Source of the DNA: Candidatus Saccharimonadota bacterium
GTDB taxonomy: Bacteria; Bacteroidota; Bacteroidia; Cytophagales; Amoebophilaceae
Direction of reading: 5' to 3'
DNA: 32,000 nucleotides
Assembly: GCF_964030745.1 (NCBI RefSeq)
Contig: NZ_OZ034918.1
Coordinates: 660,001 to 692,000, forward strand
The notes beneath the pieces were generated by a model that saw only the letters and a list, made by a program, of their open reading frames with translations, was not told where the DNA came from and ran no database searches. The translations under genes and the position numbers were made by a program. Positions 23,220-31,581 of the stretch are shown here, piece by piece (position 1 is the first letter of the stretch; each line of letters begins with the position of its first letter).

Positions 23220-24860
23220 CTACCTTTTTAACAACCTCCTGAGTACCTTACCTATAGGTGATTTGGGTAAACTGTTACAAAACTCCACATATTTAGGTAC
23301 TTTATAGCGGGCCATTTTTGCTTTACAATAGGCTATAATTTCTTCAGCAGTAAGTGTGGCATCCTTCTTTACAATAAAGACCTTAATGGCTTCTTTTAGA
23401 CTGACATCAGTTATGCCAATAGCGCCTACTTCTAACACTTTGGGGTGACCGATTAGGGTTTGTTCGATTTCATTTGGATAGACGTTAAAACCAGAAATAT
23501 TGATCATATCCTTTTTTCGGTCTACAATAGATACAAATCCATTTGCATCCATGGTGGCAATATCGCCTGTTTTAAACCATCCGTTCACAAAGGCACCAGC
23601 TGTTTCTATTGGTTTTTGCCAATAGGCTTGGGTGAGCTGGGGCCCTTTGATCAATAGTTCACCAGCTGTTCCATAGGGAAGCTCTTTACCGGTTTCATCC
23701 GCTACGATTACAAAAGTACTAGGCAGTGGCATATGGTGGATGCCATTGATCATATCGGTGGAGATACCAGGCGAACATTCGGTTAACCCATATGCTTCTA
23801 TAAGCTTGCTTCCGGTTAGTTTTTCCCACTGGTTTTTAACTTTTTCTAGTGTTTTCATGCCCCCTGCTATGGTGAGTTTTAAAGCAGTAAGTTTGAGTTT
23901 TTGGAATTTTTTATGGGTCAATAGCTTTTCAAATAAGGTATTGATGCCTATGAGACAGGTAGGCTTGGTTTTCTGTAATGCTTTTATAAACCGTGGAATA
24001 TCTCTAGGATTTGTAATCAATGAACATTTTGCGCCTAACTTGGCCATGGCAAATAGGCTGCCTAATCCGAAAATATGATAAAGTGGTAGTGGAATGATGG
24101 TCCGTTCTTCTTTTTCCTTTAATAAGAGACGCATCACAGGCTCTAATTGCTGAAAATTAGCGGTAAGGTTTCCATGTGATAGCATCGCCCCTTTGGATAC
24201 ACCTGTTGTGCCACCTGTATATTGTAAAAAAGCAATATCAGAAGATTGTAAAGCAACAGGATGCAAAATAGCCCTTTTCCCTTTTGCTAAGACTTCTTTA
24301 AACGAGATGGCCTGTGGTAGGTTGTAGGGAGGAACCAGTTTTTTAATGTGCTTAATGGCAAAGTTGAGTAACTTCCCTTTTATGGAGCCAAGCAGGTCAC
24401 CTACTTTGGTAACAATAACGGTTTGAATGGATGTATCTGGCAAAATTTCAGCCAGTTTATGGGCAAAATTTTCTAATATAACGATTGCGTGCACCCCTGC
24501 ATCTTTGAGCTGGTAGGCCATTTCAGAAGGGGTATACTGTGGATTCATATTCACTACGACTAGTCCAGCACGTAGCATACCCAATACCGCAATCGGATAT
24601 TGCAATAGGTTCGGCAGCTGAATAGCTACATGTGATCCTACTGATAAATTGGTATATTGCTGAATATAAGCTGCAAAAGATTTAGACAACTTATCTACTG
24701 TACTGAAACTCAGTACTTTACCCATGTTTTCATACATCGGTAAGTCTTGATATTGCTCAAAGACTTCCTCCATAAAATGGACCAATGAGTTGTATTTAGA
24801 CGCATCAATGGTATGTGGGATGGAAGCGGGATAATGCTGAATCCAAGGTCTTCGGCTCAT
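23220..24860 (-). CDS. fadD: Long-chain fatty acid--CoA ligase (AMP-binding enzyme family)
   Basis: 546 aa. It has the AMP-binding motif YTGGTTGVSKGA, YGLTE, GELLIKGPQLTQAYW, FKTGDIA, DRKKDMI, and a terminal PKSPIGKVLRR. Confidence 0.85.
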   Translation of the reverse strand: MSRRPWIQHYPASIPHTIDASKYNSLVHFMEEVFEQYQDLPMYENMGKVLSFSTVDKLSKSFAAYIQQYTNLSVGSHVAIQLPNLLQYPIAVLGMLRAGLVVVNMNPQYTPSEMAYQLKDAGVHAIVILENFAHKLAEILPDTSIQTVIVTKVGDLLGSIKGKLLNFAIKHIKKLVPPYNLPQAISFKEVLAKGKRAILHPVALQSSDIAFLQYTGGTTGVSKGAMLSHGNLTANFQQLEPVMRLLLKEKEERTIIPLPLYHIFGLGSLFAMAKLGAKCSLITNPRDIPRFIKALQKTKPTCLIGINTLFEKLLTHKKFQKLKLTALKLTIAGGMKTLEKVKNQWEKLTGSKLIEAYGLTECSPGISTDMINGIHHMPLPSTFVIVADETGKELPYGTAGELLIKGPQLTQAYWQKPIETAGAFVNGWFKTGDIATMDANGFVSIVDRKKDMINISGFNVYPNEIEQTLIGHPKVLEVGAIGITDVSLKEAIKVFIVKKDATLTAEEIIAYCKAKMARYKVPKYVEFCNSLPKSPIGKVLRRLLKR

Positions 24861-25016
24861 AGTATGTAAAACTACTTTAATGTTTTTTCAAACTCCACTG
24901 CAATATAGTATAATTTTATAATTTTTATGAGGTCTGGTCTCGATGGGCTGCTCATTTTTATTACAATTTTATTTTTTAGATTTGAAAGATTTGTAGAGAC
25001 CATCTTTTTTAAGTCC

Positions 25017-25466
25017 ATGTCAGGTAAGAGAACCACACCCCAGCTTTGCATTAAGAATAGACAAGCCCATTTTTCCTATACCTTGTTAGATAGGTATACG
25101 GCTGGAATTATTTTGCAAGGAACAGAAATAAAGTCCATTCGAATGGGCAAAGCATCGCTTCAGGAGGCTTATTGTTATTTTAATCAAGGAGCGCTTTGGA
25201 TAAAGGGGATGCATATTGCTGCCTATATTCATGGTACTATCTACAATCATGAGGAAAAACGTGAACGTCAGTTGTTGTTGAAAGGAAAAGAATTACAGAA
25301 ATTACTTAAAAGCCAGTCAAAAGGGTTGACCATTATTCCTATAGAATTGTTTATTAGTCCACGTGGGTTTGCTAAACTAGTCATTGCTTTGGCGCGTGGT
25401 AAAAAACTATACGATAAGCGTCAGACTATTAAAGAGAGGGATTTGGAGCGATCTGGGCAGATATGA
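25017..25466 (+). CDS. smpB: SsrA-binding protein SmpB
   Basis: [42 protein letters not shown]... is typical SmpB. Its length is 149 aa when started at the ATG at 25017. The ORF-track start at 24927 adds an implausible hydrophobic extension. Confidence 0.9.
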   Translation: MSGKRTTPQLCIKNRQAHFSYTLLDRYTAGIILQGTEIKSIRMGKASLQEAYCYFNQGALWIKGMHIAAYIHGTIYNHEEKRERQLLLKGKELQKLLKSQSKGLTIIPIELFISPRGFAKLVIALARGKKLYDKRQTIKERDLERSGQI

Positions 25467-25537
25467 TCCACAAGATTATATGCCATGGCTGTAAGGAAGT
25501 TTTGCAGAAGGTCTAATATATTAATCTTGAAATTGAA

Positions 25538-26116
25538 ATGATGTATCACCATGTAAGTACCCATTTAGTAGCCTTCTTTTTACTCAACTTCATTGTACGA
25601 GTGGAGGCAAATGCTGCTGTTTCATTTAGTTTGAAAAAAATAAAAAAGGGAACTTATGAAGAAAACCTTGCTGCATATAGGGTTGGGTTTTGCAAACGGC
25701 CTAAAGCGCCACAAAAAGCGCCATCTGTTCCATTGATATGTCCACTGGACCAAGTTACCCACTTGGCAAAACGTTTAGCAGCGCGTAAGGCAGCTTATGA
25801 ACATATGAACCAGATAAAGGGTCATACCATACAGCTCTATATGGGCAGCAGCAGAACCGCAGCATTAAAAGCACAAGATTTGGCCAGTAGTTTTACCTAT
25901 CCTTCTAAACTCTACTATAGGCAACCCCATTATACGGTACAACTTGGTTTTTTTGCAGATCGACTAGAAGCCTATTTTGTCTACTTGACTTTAATAAAAC
26001 AGATACCTGGTGCTATGATTCGTCCTTGTATGCGTACTAGGAAGGATTATGTAGCAGCTACCCTGCAGTCTCATGGACCGGTGTTGTCTGAGCCTATGAC
26101 TGGTGGCCTGTCTTAA
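25538..26116 (+). CDS. SPOR-domain (peptidoglycan-binding) protein with signal peptide
   Basis: The N-terminal hydrophobic segment is LVAFFLLNFIVRVEANA. The C-terminal ~75 aa (GHTIQLYMGSSRTAALKAQDLAS...YTVQLGFFADRLEAYFVYLTLIKQIPGAMI) fits the SPOR fold pattern. Confidence 0.6.
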   Translation: MMYHHVSTHLVAFFLLNFIVRVEANAAVSFSLKKIKKGTYEENLAAYRVGFCKRPKAPQKAPSVPLICPLDQVTHLAKRLAARKAAYEHMNQIKGHTIQLYMGSSRTAALKAQDLASSFTYPSKLYYRQPHYTVQLGFFADRLEAYFVYLTLIKQIPGAMIRPCMRTRKDYVAATLQSHGPVLSEPMTGGLS

Positions 26117-26167
26117 TGGTAAGCAGGGTGATGCTTGAAATCTTGTGCGCTATTCAATATTTTTGAT

Positions 26168-26175
26168 TAATTTTG
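26168..26175 (+). promoter_or_regulatory. Candidate Bacteroidota -7 box (TAATTTTG) upstream of the GldJ-like gene
   Basis: It matches TAnnTTTG and lies 97 nt upstream of the ATG at 26272. Confidence 0.3.
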
Positions 26176-26239
26176 TCTACTGTGCAGCCATCATTTTCTA
26201 GTGGTTTGGGCTGCCTTTGTGTTTTTGAATAAATTGAAA

Positions 26240-26261
26240 CTTTGTGCGTATGTGCACAAAG
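26240..26261 (+). promoter_or_regulatory. Perfect 8-bp-stem palindrome immediately upstream of the GldJ-like start codon
   Basis: ctttgtgc-gtatgt-gcacaaag ends 10 nt before the ATG. It could be an operator or a translation-masking hairpin. Confidence 0.35.
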
Positions 26262-26271
26262 CGATTAAATT

Positions 26272-27507
26272 ATGGCTATGCGTTTTGGTATTGCTCGGTT
26301 GAGCTATTTTTTTGCATTATTTGCTTTGGTATGGATTACAGCTTATGGTAAACGTCATCCTACTAGCGCCCGCCCAAGTAAAAAAAGTTTGACCACAGGG
26401 CGTCTTTTTAATCAACCAGATACCCTTGCCGTGGTCCCCGTTAAGGGTGAGTCGCCTATTCCAGGTATGATCTATGTAGAAGGGGGCTATATGATCATGG
26501 GCAATTTAAGCGAAGATAAGCTTGGTACTGGAGGGTGTTGCGCCAAGCCGGTTACGGTAACTTCTTTTTATATGGACCAAACGCCTATTACCAATTTGGA
26601 TTATAGAGAGTATTTGGATGATTTGCGAAAGAGTGGTTTGATGGAAGCATATAATGCTGCTATGCCCAATCAGAAGGTTTTTGTAGAGGATTTTAGCTAT
26701 AATGACCCTTTAACAGATCAAGATAGTTACTTCAATATGCCTGACTTTATGTATTACCCTGTTGTGGGTGTAAGTTGGGAGCAAGCTACAGCATATTGCA
26801 AGTGGCGCACTAAAAAGATACAGGAGCTCATTAAGCAGAAAGGCAAAGGCAAAGGCAAAGCAGGTTCAGCTGGCCAGACTGATACCGGTTATGTCAGTGA
26901 TGAAGATCAGAAAAAGCCTGTAGATCAAGACAATAGTGAGCCAATCGTACAGGGGCTTCCTGTAGTGCGTTTGGCTACCGAAGCAGAATGGGAATATGCT
27001 GCGCGTGGCATAGTGGGGACAGTGAGTATAGACTATTTGCAACGCCATCAGCGCACTTATCCTTGGGATGGCTCTTCGCCAAGGGGAAAAAATGGTCAAT
27101 TTTTAGCTAATTTTAAAAGAGGCAGAGGTAATTATAAAGGTGTAACTGGCGCCTCTGACCATGCGGCACCTACTTCTTATGTATATGCTTATCCTCCAAA
27201 TGATCTGGGCCTTTATGATATGGTGGGCAATGTTTGTTGTTGGGTAAGTGATACTTATAGACCACTTTCCTTGCAAGATACCAGTGATTTAAATCCTATT
27301 AGGCGGGATGGACGGTTGGACCCTGCTAGCAGCTACAATGCTACCGATAAAGTCTCCCTTATCAATGATGATGCTAGAGTATATAAGGGGTGCTCTTGGG
27401 CTGATTCTGCCTATTTTTTACAAATAGGTACCCGACGCTATTTGAATAAAGATGCTGCTTCAGCTAGAATTGGATTTCGATGTGTAGTGTCTAGCTTGGG
27501 GCGATAA
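26272..27507 (+). CDS. FGE-sulfatase (SUMF1) domain protein, GldJ/GldK-like (gliding/T9SS-associated family)
   Basis: 411 aa. It has PGMIYVEGGYMIMGN, FYMDQTPITNLDYREYL, YYPVVGVSWEQATAYCKWRT, RLATEAEWEYAARG, LYDMVGNVCCWVSD and IGFRCV. The domain is split by a low-complexity insert, KGKGKGKAGSAGQTDTGYVSDEDQKKP. It has an N-terminal hydrophobic anchor but no lipobox Cys. Confidence 0.65.
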   Translation: MAMRFGIARLSYFFALFALVWITAYGKRHPTSARPSKKSLTTGRLFNQPDTLAVVPVKGESPIPGMIYVEGGYMIMGNLSEDKLGTGGCCAKPVTVTSFYMDQTPITNLDYREYLDDLRKSGLMEAYNAAMPNQKVFVEDFSYNDPLTDQDSYFNMPDFMYYPVVGVSWEQATAYCKWRTKKIQELIKQKGKGKGKAGSAGQTDTGYVSDEDQKKPVDQDNSEPIVQGLPVVRLATEAEWEYAARGIVGTVSIDYLQRHQRTYPWDGSSPRGKNGQFLANFKRGRGNYKGVTGASDHAAPTSYVYAYPPNDLGLYDMVGNVCCWVSDTYRPLSLQDTSDLNPIRRDGRLDPASSYNATDKVSLINDDARVYKGCSWADSAYFLQIGTRRYLNKDAASARIGFRCVVSSLGR

Positions 27508-27530
27508 TAAACTGCTTGTGCAACTCGTTG

Positions 27531-28223
27531 TTATGCCTCTACTACAGCTATGGTTGCAACGCTTACTTTTGCTATACCTGCTGTTAAAAGTGCATCGGTG
27601 CAGGCTGTTAATGTAGCTCCTGTAGTCAGAATATCATCTACAAGCAGAAGATGTTTGTCTGCTAGTAAAGCGGGTTGTATTACTTTAAAAGCGCCTGCTA
27701 GATTGGCCATGCGTTCTATTTTATTTTTAGTGGTTTGCGATGGCGTATAGCGGATCCGTTCTACACATTTTGTATGCAAGGGGAGGTTCAATGCAGCAGA
27801 AAGTCCCTTTGCAAAAAAATCACTTTGATTGTAACCCCGTTCTTTGAATCTCTTCGGGTGTAAAGGAATGGCTACAATTCCATCAATGGTTTCCATAATT
27901 GGTGCCTGATGGAGGATATTGCCATAGTGCCATCCTAGCATCTCTCCAATTTTGGGTTGGTTTTTATACTTCATCGCAAAAAGCACCCGTTCGAGGTGGC
28001 TCTGCTTTCTTAACTTGTACAGGGCAAATCCATAGGTTATGGTTGTTTTACCTAGAAAATGGTTGGTGATGGCATTATCTACCAATGTATGCGCATTTGT
28101 TTCTGGAAATGAACTAAAACAAATGGTGCAAATCAATGTTTCTCCTTGTACAAGCTTGTGGTTGCACCCTACGCATATGGGAGGGAAAAGCAAATCCAAT
28201 AGTCCGGTTATAAATCGTTTCAT
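27531..28223 (-). CDS. comF: ComF-family protein (phosphoribosyltransferase domain)
   Basis: It has the N-terminal zinc-ribbon Cys pairs CVGC...CTIC and the PRTase motif LLLVDDILTTGATL. Confidence 0.85.
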   Translation of the reverse strand: MKRFITGLLDLLFPPICVGCNHKLVQGETLICTICFSSFPETNAHTLVDNAITNHFLGKTTITYGFALYKLRKQSHLERVLFAMKYKNQPKIGEMLGWHYGNILHQAPIMETIDGIVAIPLHPKRFKERGYNQSDFFAKGLSAALNLPLHTKCVERIRYTPSQTTKNKIERMANLAGAFKVIQPALLADKHLLLVDDILTTGATLTACTDALLTAGIAKVSVATIAVVEA

Positions 28224-28342
28224 GGTATATGCAGGATCACTTTACATGGCTTGATAACATCGTTTTTGTATTTTTGTAATTTCGGTAGTCTTATTCATTT
28301 AACCAATGGTGTTAATTTAAGAAAAAACGCTATATTTTTTTT

Positions 28343-29605
28343 ATGCTCGATAGAACCATTCCACCACAGTTTCAGGAGATTGAACCCATCCGTTTTCCAT
28401 GGCCAAAGCGGCATATGTTGGGCAATGACATTCCGCTGTATGTCCTTGATATGGGTAGTCAACCCATTATAGAGTTAGAGTTGATTTTTAAATCGGGTAG
28501 TTGCCATGAGTTGCATCCAGGTGCAGCTTATTTTACCGCTGCTATGCTACTTGAAGGTACTGCAACCAAAACCTCTCAAGATATTGCCCATATGATCGAC
28601 TATTATGGTGCAACCATTGGTACACGTGTACAAAAAGACTTTTGCATCATCTCTCTTTCTACACTTGTTAAGCACCTTAATCCCTTGCTAGATTTATTGG
28701 TCGAGCTACTATTAACCGCTAGTTTTCCTGAAAAATCACTCCAATTGCTAAAAAATGTAAAAACGCAAGCCATTCAGATGGCCGATAAAAAAAACCATCA
28801 GGTAGCCTATAAGCGGTTTTGTACAGCACTTTTTACAGCAGCACATCCGTATGGAAGGCATTTAACCGTGCAAGAGATTGCAGCCATTCAACGAAGCGAT
28901 TTACAACACCATTATGAACAATTGTTGTTTACTGGCTGTGCTGCTTTTGTAAGTGGACAAGTGACTCCAGCTGCCTTACAATCCATTCAACAAGCCCTAG
29001 AACAGTTAACTGTAACAAAAGTTGTACAACCAGATCAAATCCCATCTGGCAATCTTCCTGAAAAAATAGATATAGCCGATGGGCAACACTTGCAATCTGC
29101 TATTGTAATTGGTAAAAAGTTATTGCTTAAAAAGGAAGCAGATTTTTTACCTATGGTGGTAGTCAATACGCTTTTAGGGGGATATTTCGGTTCTCGGTTG
29201 ATGCGGAATATTCGAGAAGATAAAGGCTACACCTATGGCATCCATTCCAATATGGTTGCTTTATTACAAGCTGGTTATCTGTCTATTACTACAGAAGTAG
29301 CCCAAGAAGTGACACAGGCAACCATCCAAGAAATCTATAAGGAAATAGCAATATTGCAACATGAACTTGTTGCAGAGGACGCTTTACAGAATGTTAAAAA
29401 TTACCTCCTAGGCCATTTTTTAACCACAATCAATGATCCCTTTTCCATCATGCAAAAGTTTCAGGCAGCCTACTTGCATGGTTTGGATCAAAGTTATTAT
29501 ACTGCATTTTACCATCAGGTTCGTGACATAACTCCTCTAGAAGTTAGAAACTTAGCACAAAAATACTTATCTTTAGATTCCTTTACAGAAGTAGTTGTGC
29601 GTTGA
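28343..29605 (+). CDS. M16 (pitrilysin/insulinase) family homolog, predicted non-catalytic
   Basis: 420 aa. The position of the HxxEH zinc motif (..G.AHFLEHM.FKGT) reads GAAYFTAAMLLEGT, so H, E and H are all replaced. The C-terminal half carries the M16 second-domain pattern, GGYFGSRLMRNIREDKGYTYGI. Confidence 0.8.
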   Translation: MLDRTIPPQFQEIEPIRFPWPKRHMLGNDIPLYVLDMGSQPIIELELIFKSGSCHELHPGAAYFTAAMLLEGTATKTSQDIAHMIDYYGATIGTRVQKDFCIISLSTLVKHLNPLLDLLVELLLTASFPEKSLQLLKNVKTQAIQMADKKNHQVAYKRFCTALFTAAHPYGRHLTVQEIAAIQRSDLQHHYEQLLFTGCAAFVSGQVTPAALQSIQQALEQLTVTKVVQPDQIPSGNLPEKIDIADGQHLQSAIVIGKKLLLKKEADFLPMVVVNTLLGGYFGSRLMRNIREDKGYTYGIHSNMVALLQAGYLSITTEVAQEVTQATIQEIYKEIAILQHELVAEDALQNVKNYLLGHFLTTINDPFSIMQKFQAAYLHGLDQSYYTAFYHQVRDITPLEVRNLAQKYLSLDSFTEVVVR

Positions 29606-29661
29606 TGCACCTGACTGTATAAGATGAGGCGTTGCCCTATAGCGCTTCCTTTCCTCTTTAA

Positions 29662-29693
29662 TTTGCATTTGATGCAATAAGAGGGTATATTTG
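29662..29693 (+). promoter_or_regulatory. Candidate Bacteroidota promoter (-33 TTTG, 20-nt spacer, -7 TATATTTG) for rplM-rpsI-rpsB-tsf
   Basis: TTTG lies at 29662-29665 and TATATTTG at 29686-29693, about 70 nt upstream of the rplM GTG start. Confidence 0.4.
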
Positions 29694-29762
29694 AAGCCTT
29701 TAGTTTTTTTGTATACGGTCCTCAAAATTTTTTTGTTGGTTCAACTTTTTCTTTAAAAAAGC

Positions 29763-30212
29763 GTGGATTCTATTAGTTATAAAACAAAATATGCTAACAA
29801 GCAGAGCGTTAACAAGCAATGGGTTGTTGTTGATGCTTCATTTCAGCCATTGGGTAGGTTTGCTAGCCAGCTTGCTTACCTCATTCGTGGAAAGCATAAG
29901 CCTGATTTTACGCCTCATGTGGATGGGGGAGACCATGTTATTGTCTTGAATGCGGATAAAATAGCTTTATCGGGTAATAAATCGGTTAAAAAAACCTATA
30001 CCACTTATTCCGGTTATCCTGGGGGGTTAAAGCGTGCTACGCTTCAGGAAGTTCAAGCTATTAGTCCTAGGCGTGTAATAGAGCGTGCTGTAAAAGGTAT
30101 GTTGCCTAAAAATAGATTGGGAAGAAGGTTGTTTCACAATCTACATGTTTGTCAGGGGGATATTCATCCATATGCAGCTCAAAAGCCAACCCCAATAACC
30201 CTAAAATACTAA
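29763..30212 (+). CDS. rplM: 50S ribosomal protein L13 (GTG start)
   Basis: (M)DSISYKTKYANK...WVVVDAS.QPLGRFASQLAYLIRGKHKPDFTPHVDGGDHVIVLNADKI matches the Bacteroidota-type L13 N-terminus MDxxSYKT. Confidence 0.95.
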   Translation: MDSISYKTKYANKQSVNKQWVVVDASFQPLGRFASQLAYLIRGKHKPDFTPHVDGGDHVIVLNADKIALSGNKSVKKTYTTYSGYPGGLKRATLQEVQAISPRRVIERAVKGMLPKNRLGRRLFHNLHVCQGDIHPYAAQKPTPITLKY

Positions 30213-30222
30213 TTATTAACCC

Positions 30223-30612
30223 ATGGAAACAGTCAATGCAGTAGGGCGAAGAAAGACCGCCGTGGCTAGGGTCTATCTTGTACAAGGGACAGGAGATATT
30301 CTCATTAATCATAAGCCGCTTTTAGATTATTTTCCAGTAGAAGAAATTAGCTTAATTGTCAAGCAACCTTTGGAAAAATTGGATAAGGCAGGCCAGTATA
30401 ATTTAAAGATTAATGTTGTTGGTGGAGGGTTACGTGGGCAGGCGGAAGCCATTCGTTTGGGTATTGCCAGGGCGCTTTGTAAACTGGATTTAGAAAACAA
30501 TAGGCCGATACTCAAGAAAGAAGGGTTTTTAACCAGGGATGCTAGAATAGTGGAACGTAAGAAGTATGGTCGTAAAAAGTCGAGAAAGAAATTCCAGTTT
30601 ACAAAGCGTTAG
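30223..30612 (+). CDS. rpsI: 30S ribosomal protein S9
   Basis: It has AVGRRKTAVARVYL, GGGLRGQAEAIRLGIARAL, the C-terminal RDARIVERKKYGRKKSRKKFQFTKR. Confidence 0.95.
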   Translation: METVNAVGRRKTAVARVYLVQGTGDILINHKPLLDYFPVEEISLIVKQPLEKLDKAGQYNLKINVVGGGLRGQAEAIRLGIARALCKLDLENNRPILKKEGFLTRDARIVERKKYGRKKSRKKFQFTKR

Positions 30613-30653
30613 GCCTATTCTCATATAATAGTTATTATTTGTTATTACCCATA

Positions 30654-31553
30654 ATGATAAAGTTAGAATTCAAAGCACTACTTGATGCGGGTGTCCATTT
30701 TGGCCATCTGACTAGGAAATGGAATCCTAAGATGGCTCCTTTTATTTTTATGAAGCAGAATGGTATACATATCATTGACCTAAACAAAACGATTACCTGT
30801 ATGCAAGAAGCTGCTTTGCAGCTTAATGCAATGGCACAAGCTGGGAAAAAGATTTTGTTTGTCGCTACTAAGAAGCAAGTTAAAGCTTCTGTAGAGCAGG
30901 CAGCGCAGGATTTGGGTATGCCCTATGTTACAGAACGATGGCTCGGTGGTACACTGACTAATTTTGTAAATACGCGCAAGCTATTAAAACGCATGCTTTC
31001 CATAGAAAAAAACATGCATATGGCTGCTTATAAAAATTTAGCAAAAAAAGAAAGGTTGGTCATTGCGCGGGAGCAGGAAAAGCTCAGTAGAATACTGCAG
31101 GGACTGGCCAATGTTACAAGGCTTCCATCTGCACTGTTTGTCATTGATATCAAGGAAGAGCATATTGCTGTTGAGGAAGCGCGCAAATTGGGTATTCCTG
31201 TTTTTGCCTTGGTAGATACCAATACAAATCCAGATTTGGTTGATTTTCCTATTCCTGGTAATGATGATGCCTTCCGTTCTGTTGATATTGTAGTCCGTTA
31301 TCTTGCTACTGCCATTAAGGAAGGGGTAGCGGCCTATAGAAAAGAGAAGGCAGAAACAGCTCCTAAAAAAGAAGAAGAGGCTGCTGCTCCTTCAGCTACT
31401 AAAGTAGTAGCTAAAAGAGGCATAAAAGTGGTACAGGGCGTGGTAGTGAAGAAATCCGCTCCTGCTAAAGCTAAAGTGGCTACGCCTGTAGATAAGGGTA
31501 AAGTGGCTGCAGCTGCTGCGCCGCTTAAGGAGCAGACAGAAAAGGAAAAATAA
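30654..31553 (+). CDS. rpsB: 30S ribosomal protein S2 with an Ala/Lys-rich C-terminal extension
   Basis: MIKLEFKALLDAGVHFGHLTRKWNPKMAPFIFMKQNGIHIIDL is a typical S2 start. The ATG at 30654 is preferred to the TTG at 30639. The last ~65 aa are AKP-rich (APKKEEEAAAPSATKVVAKRG...KVAAAAAPLKEQTEKEK). Confidence 0.93.
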   Translation: MIKLEFKALLDAGVHFGHLTRKWNPKMAPFIFMKQNGIHIIDLNKTITCMQEAALQLNAMAQAGKKILFVATKKQVKASVEQAAQDLGMPYVTERWLGGTLTNFVNTRKLLKRMLSIEKNMHMAAYKNLAKKERLVIAREQEKLSRILQGLANVTRLPSALFVIDIKEEHIAVEEARKLGIPVFALVDTNTNPDLVDFPIPGNDDAFRSVDIVVRYLATAIKEGVAAYRKEKAETAPKKEEEAAAPSATKVVAKRGIKVVQGVVVKKSAPAKAKVATPVDKGKVAAAAAPLKEQTEKEK

Positions 31554-31581
31554 TATTGGGACATTTCTCTAACATTAATAT

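Noticed and set aside
24927-25016. A 30-codon N-terminal extension of smpB. Similar cases are the TTG start of rpsB at 30639, the TTG start of nth at 1098 and the 1121 start of the esterase.
   Set aside because: The extensions are hydrophobic or non-conserved and, for nth and the esterase, overlap each other. Internal ATGs reproduce the family-typical N-termini.
26841-26860. A (ggcaaa)n microsatellite in the GldJ-like gene, considered as a phase-variation switch.
   Set aside because: The 6-nt unit keeps the reading frame whatever the copy number, so it can only change the KG linker length. It cannot switch the gene on or off.
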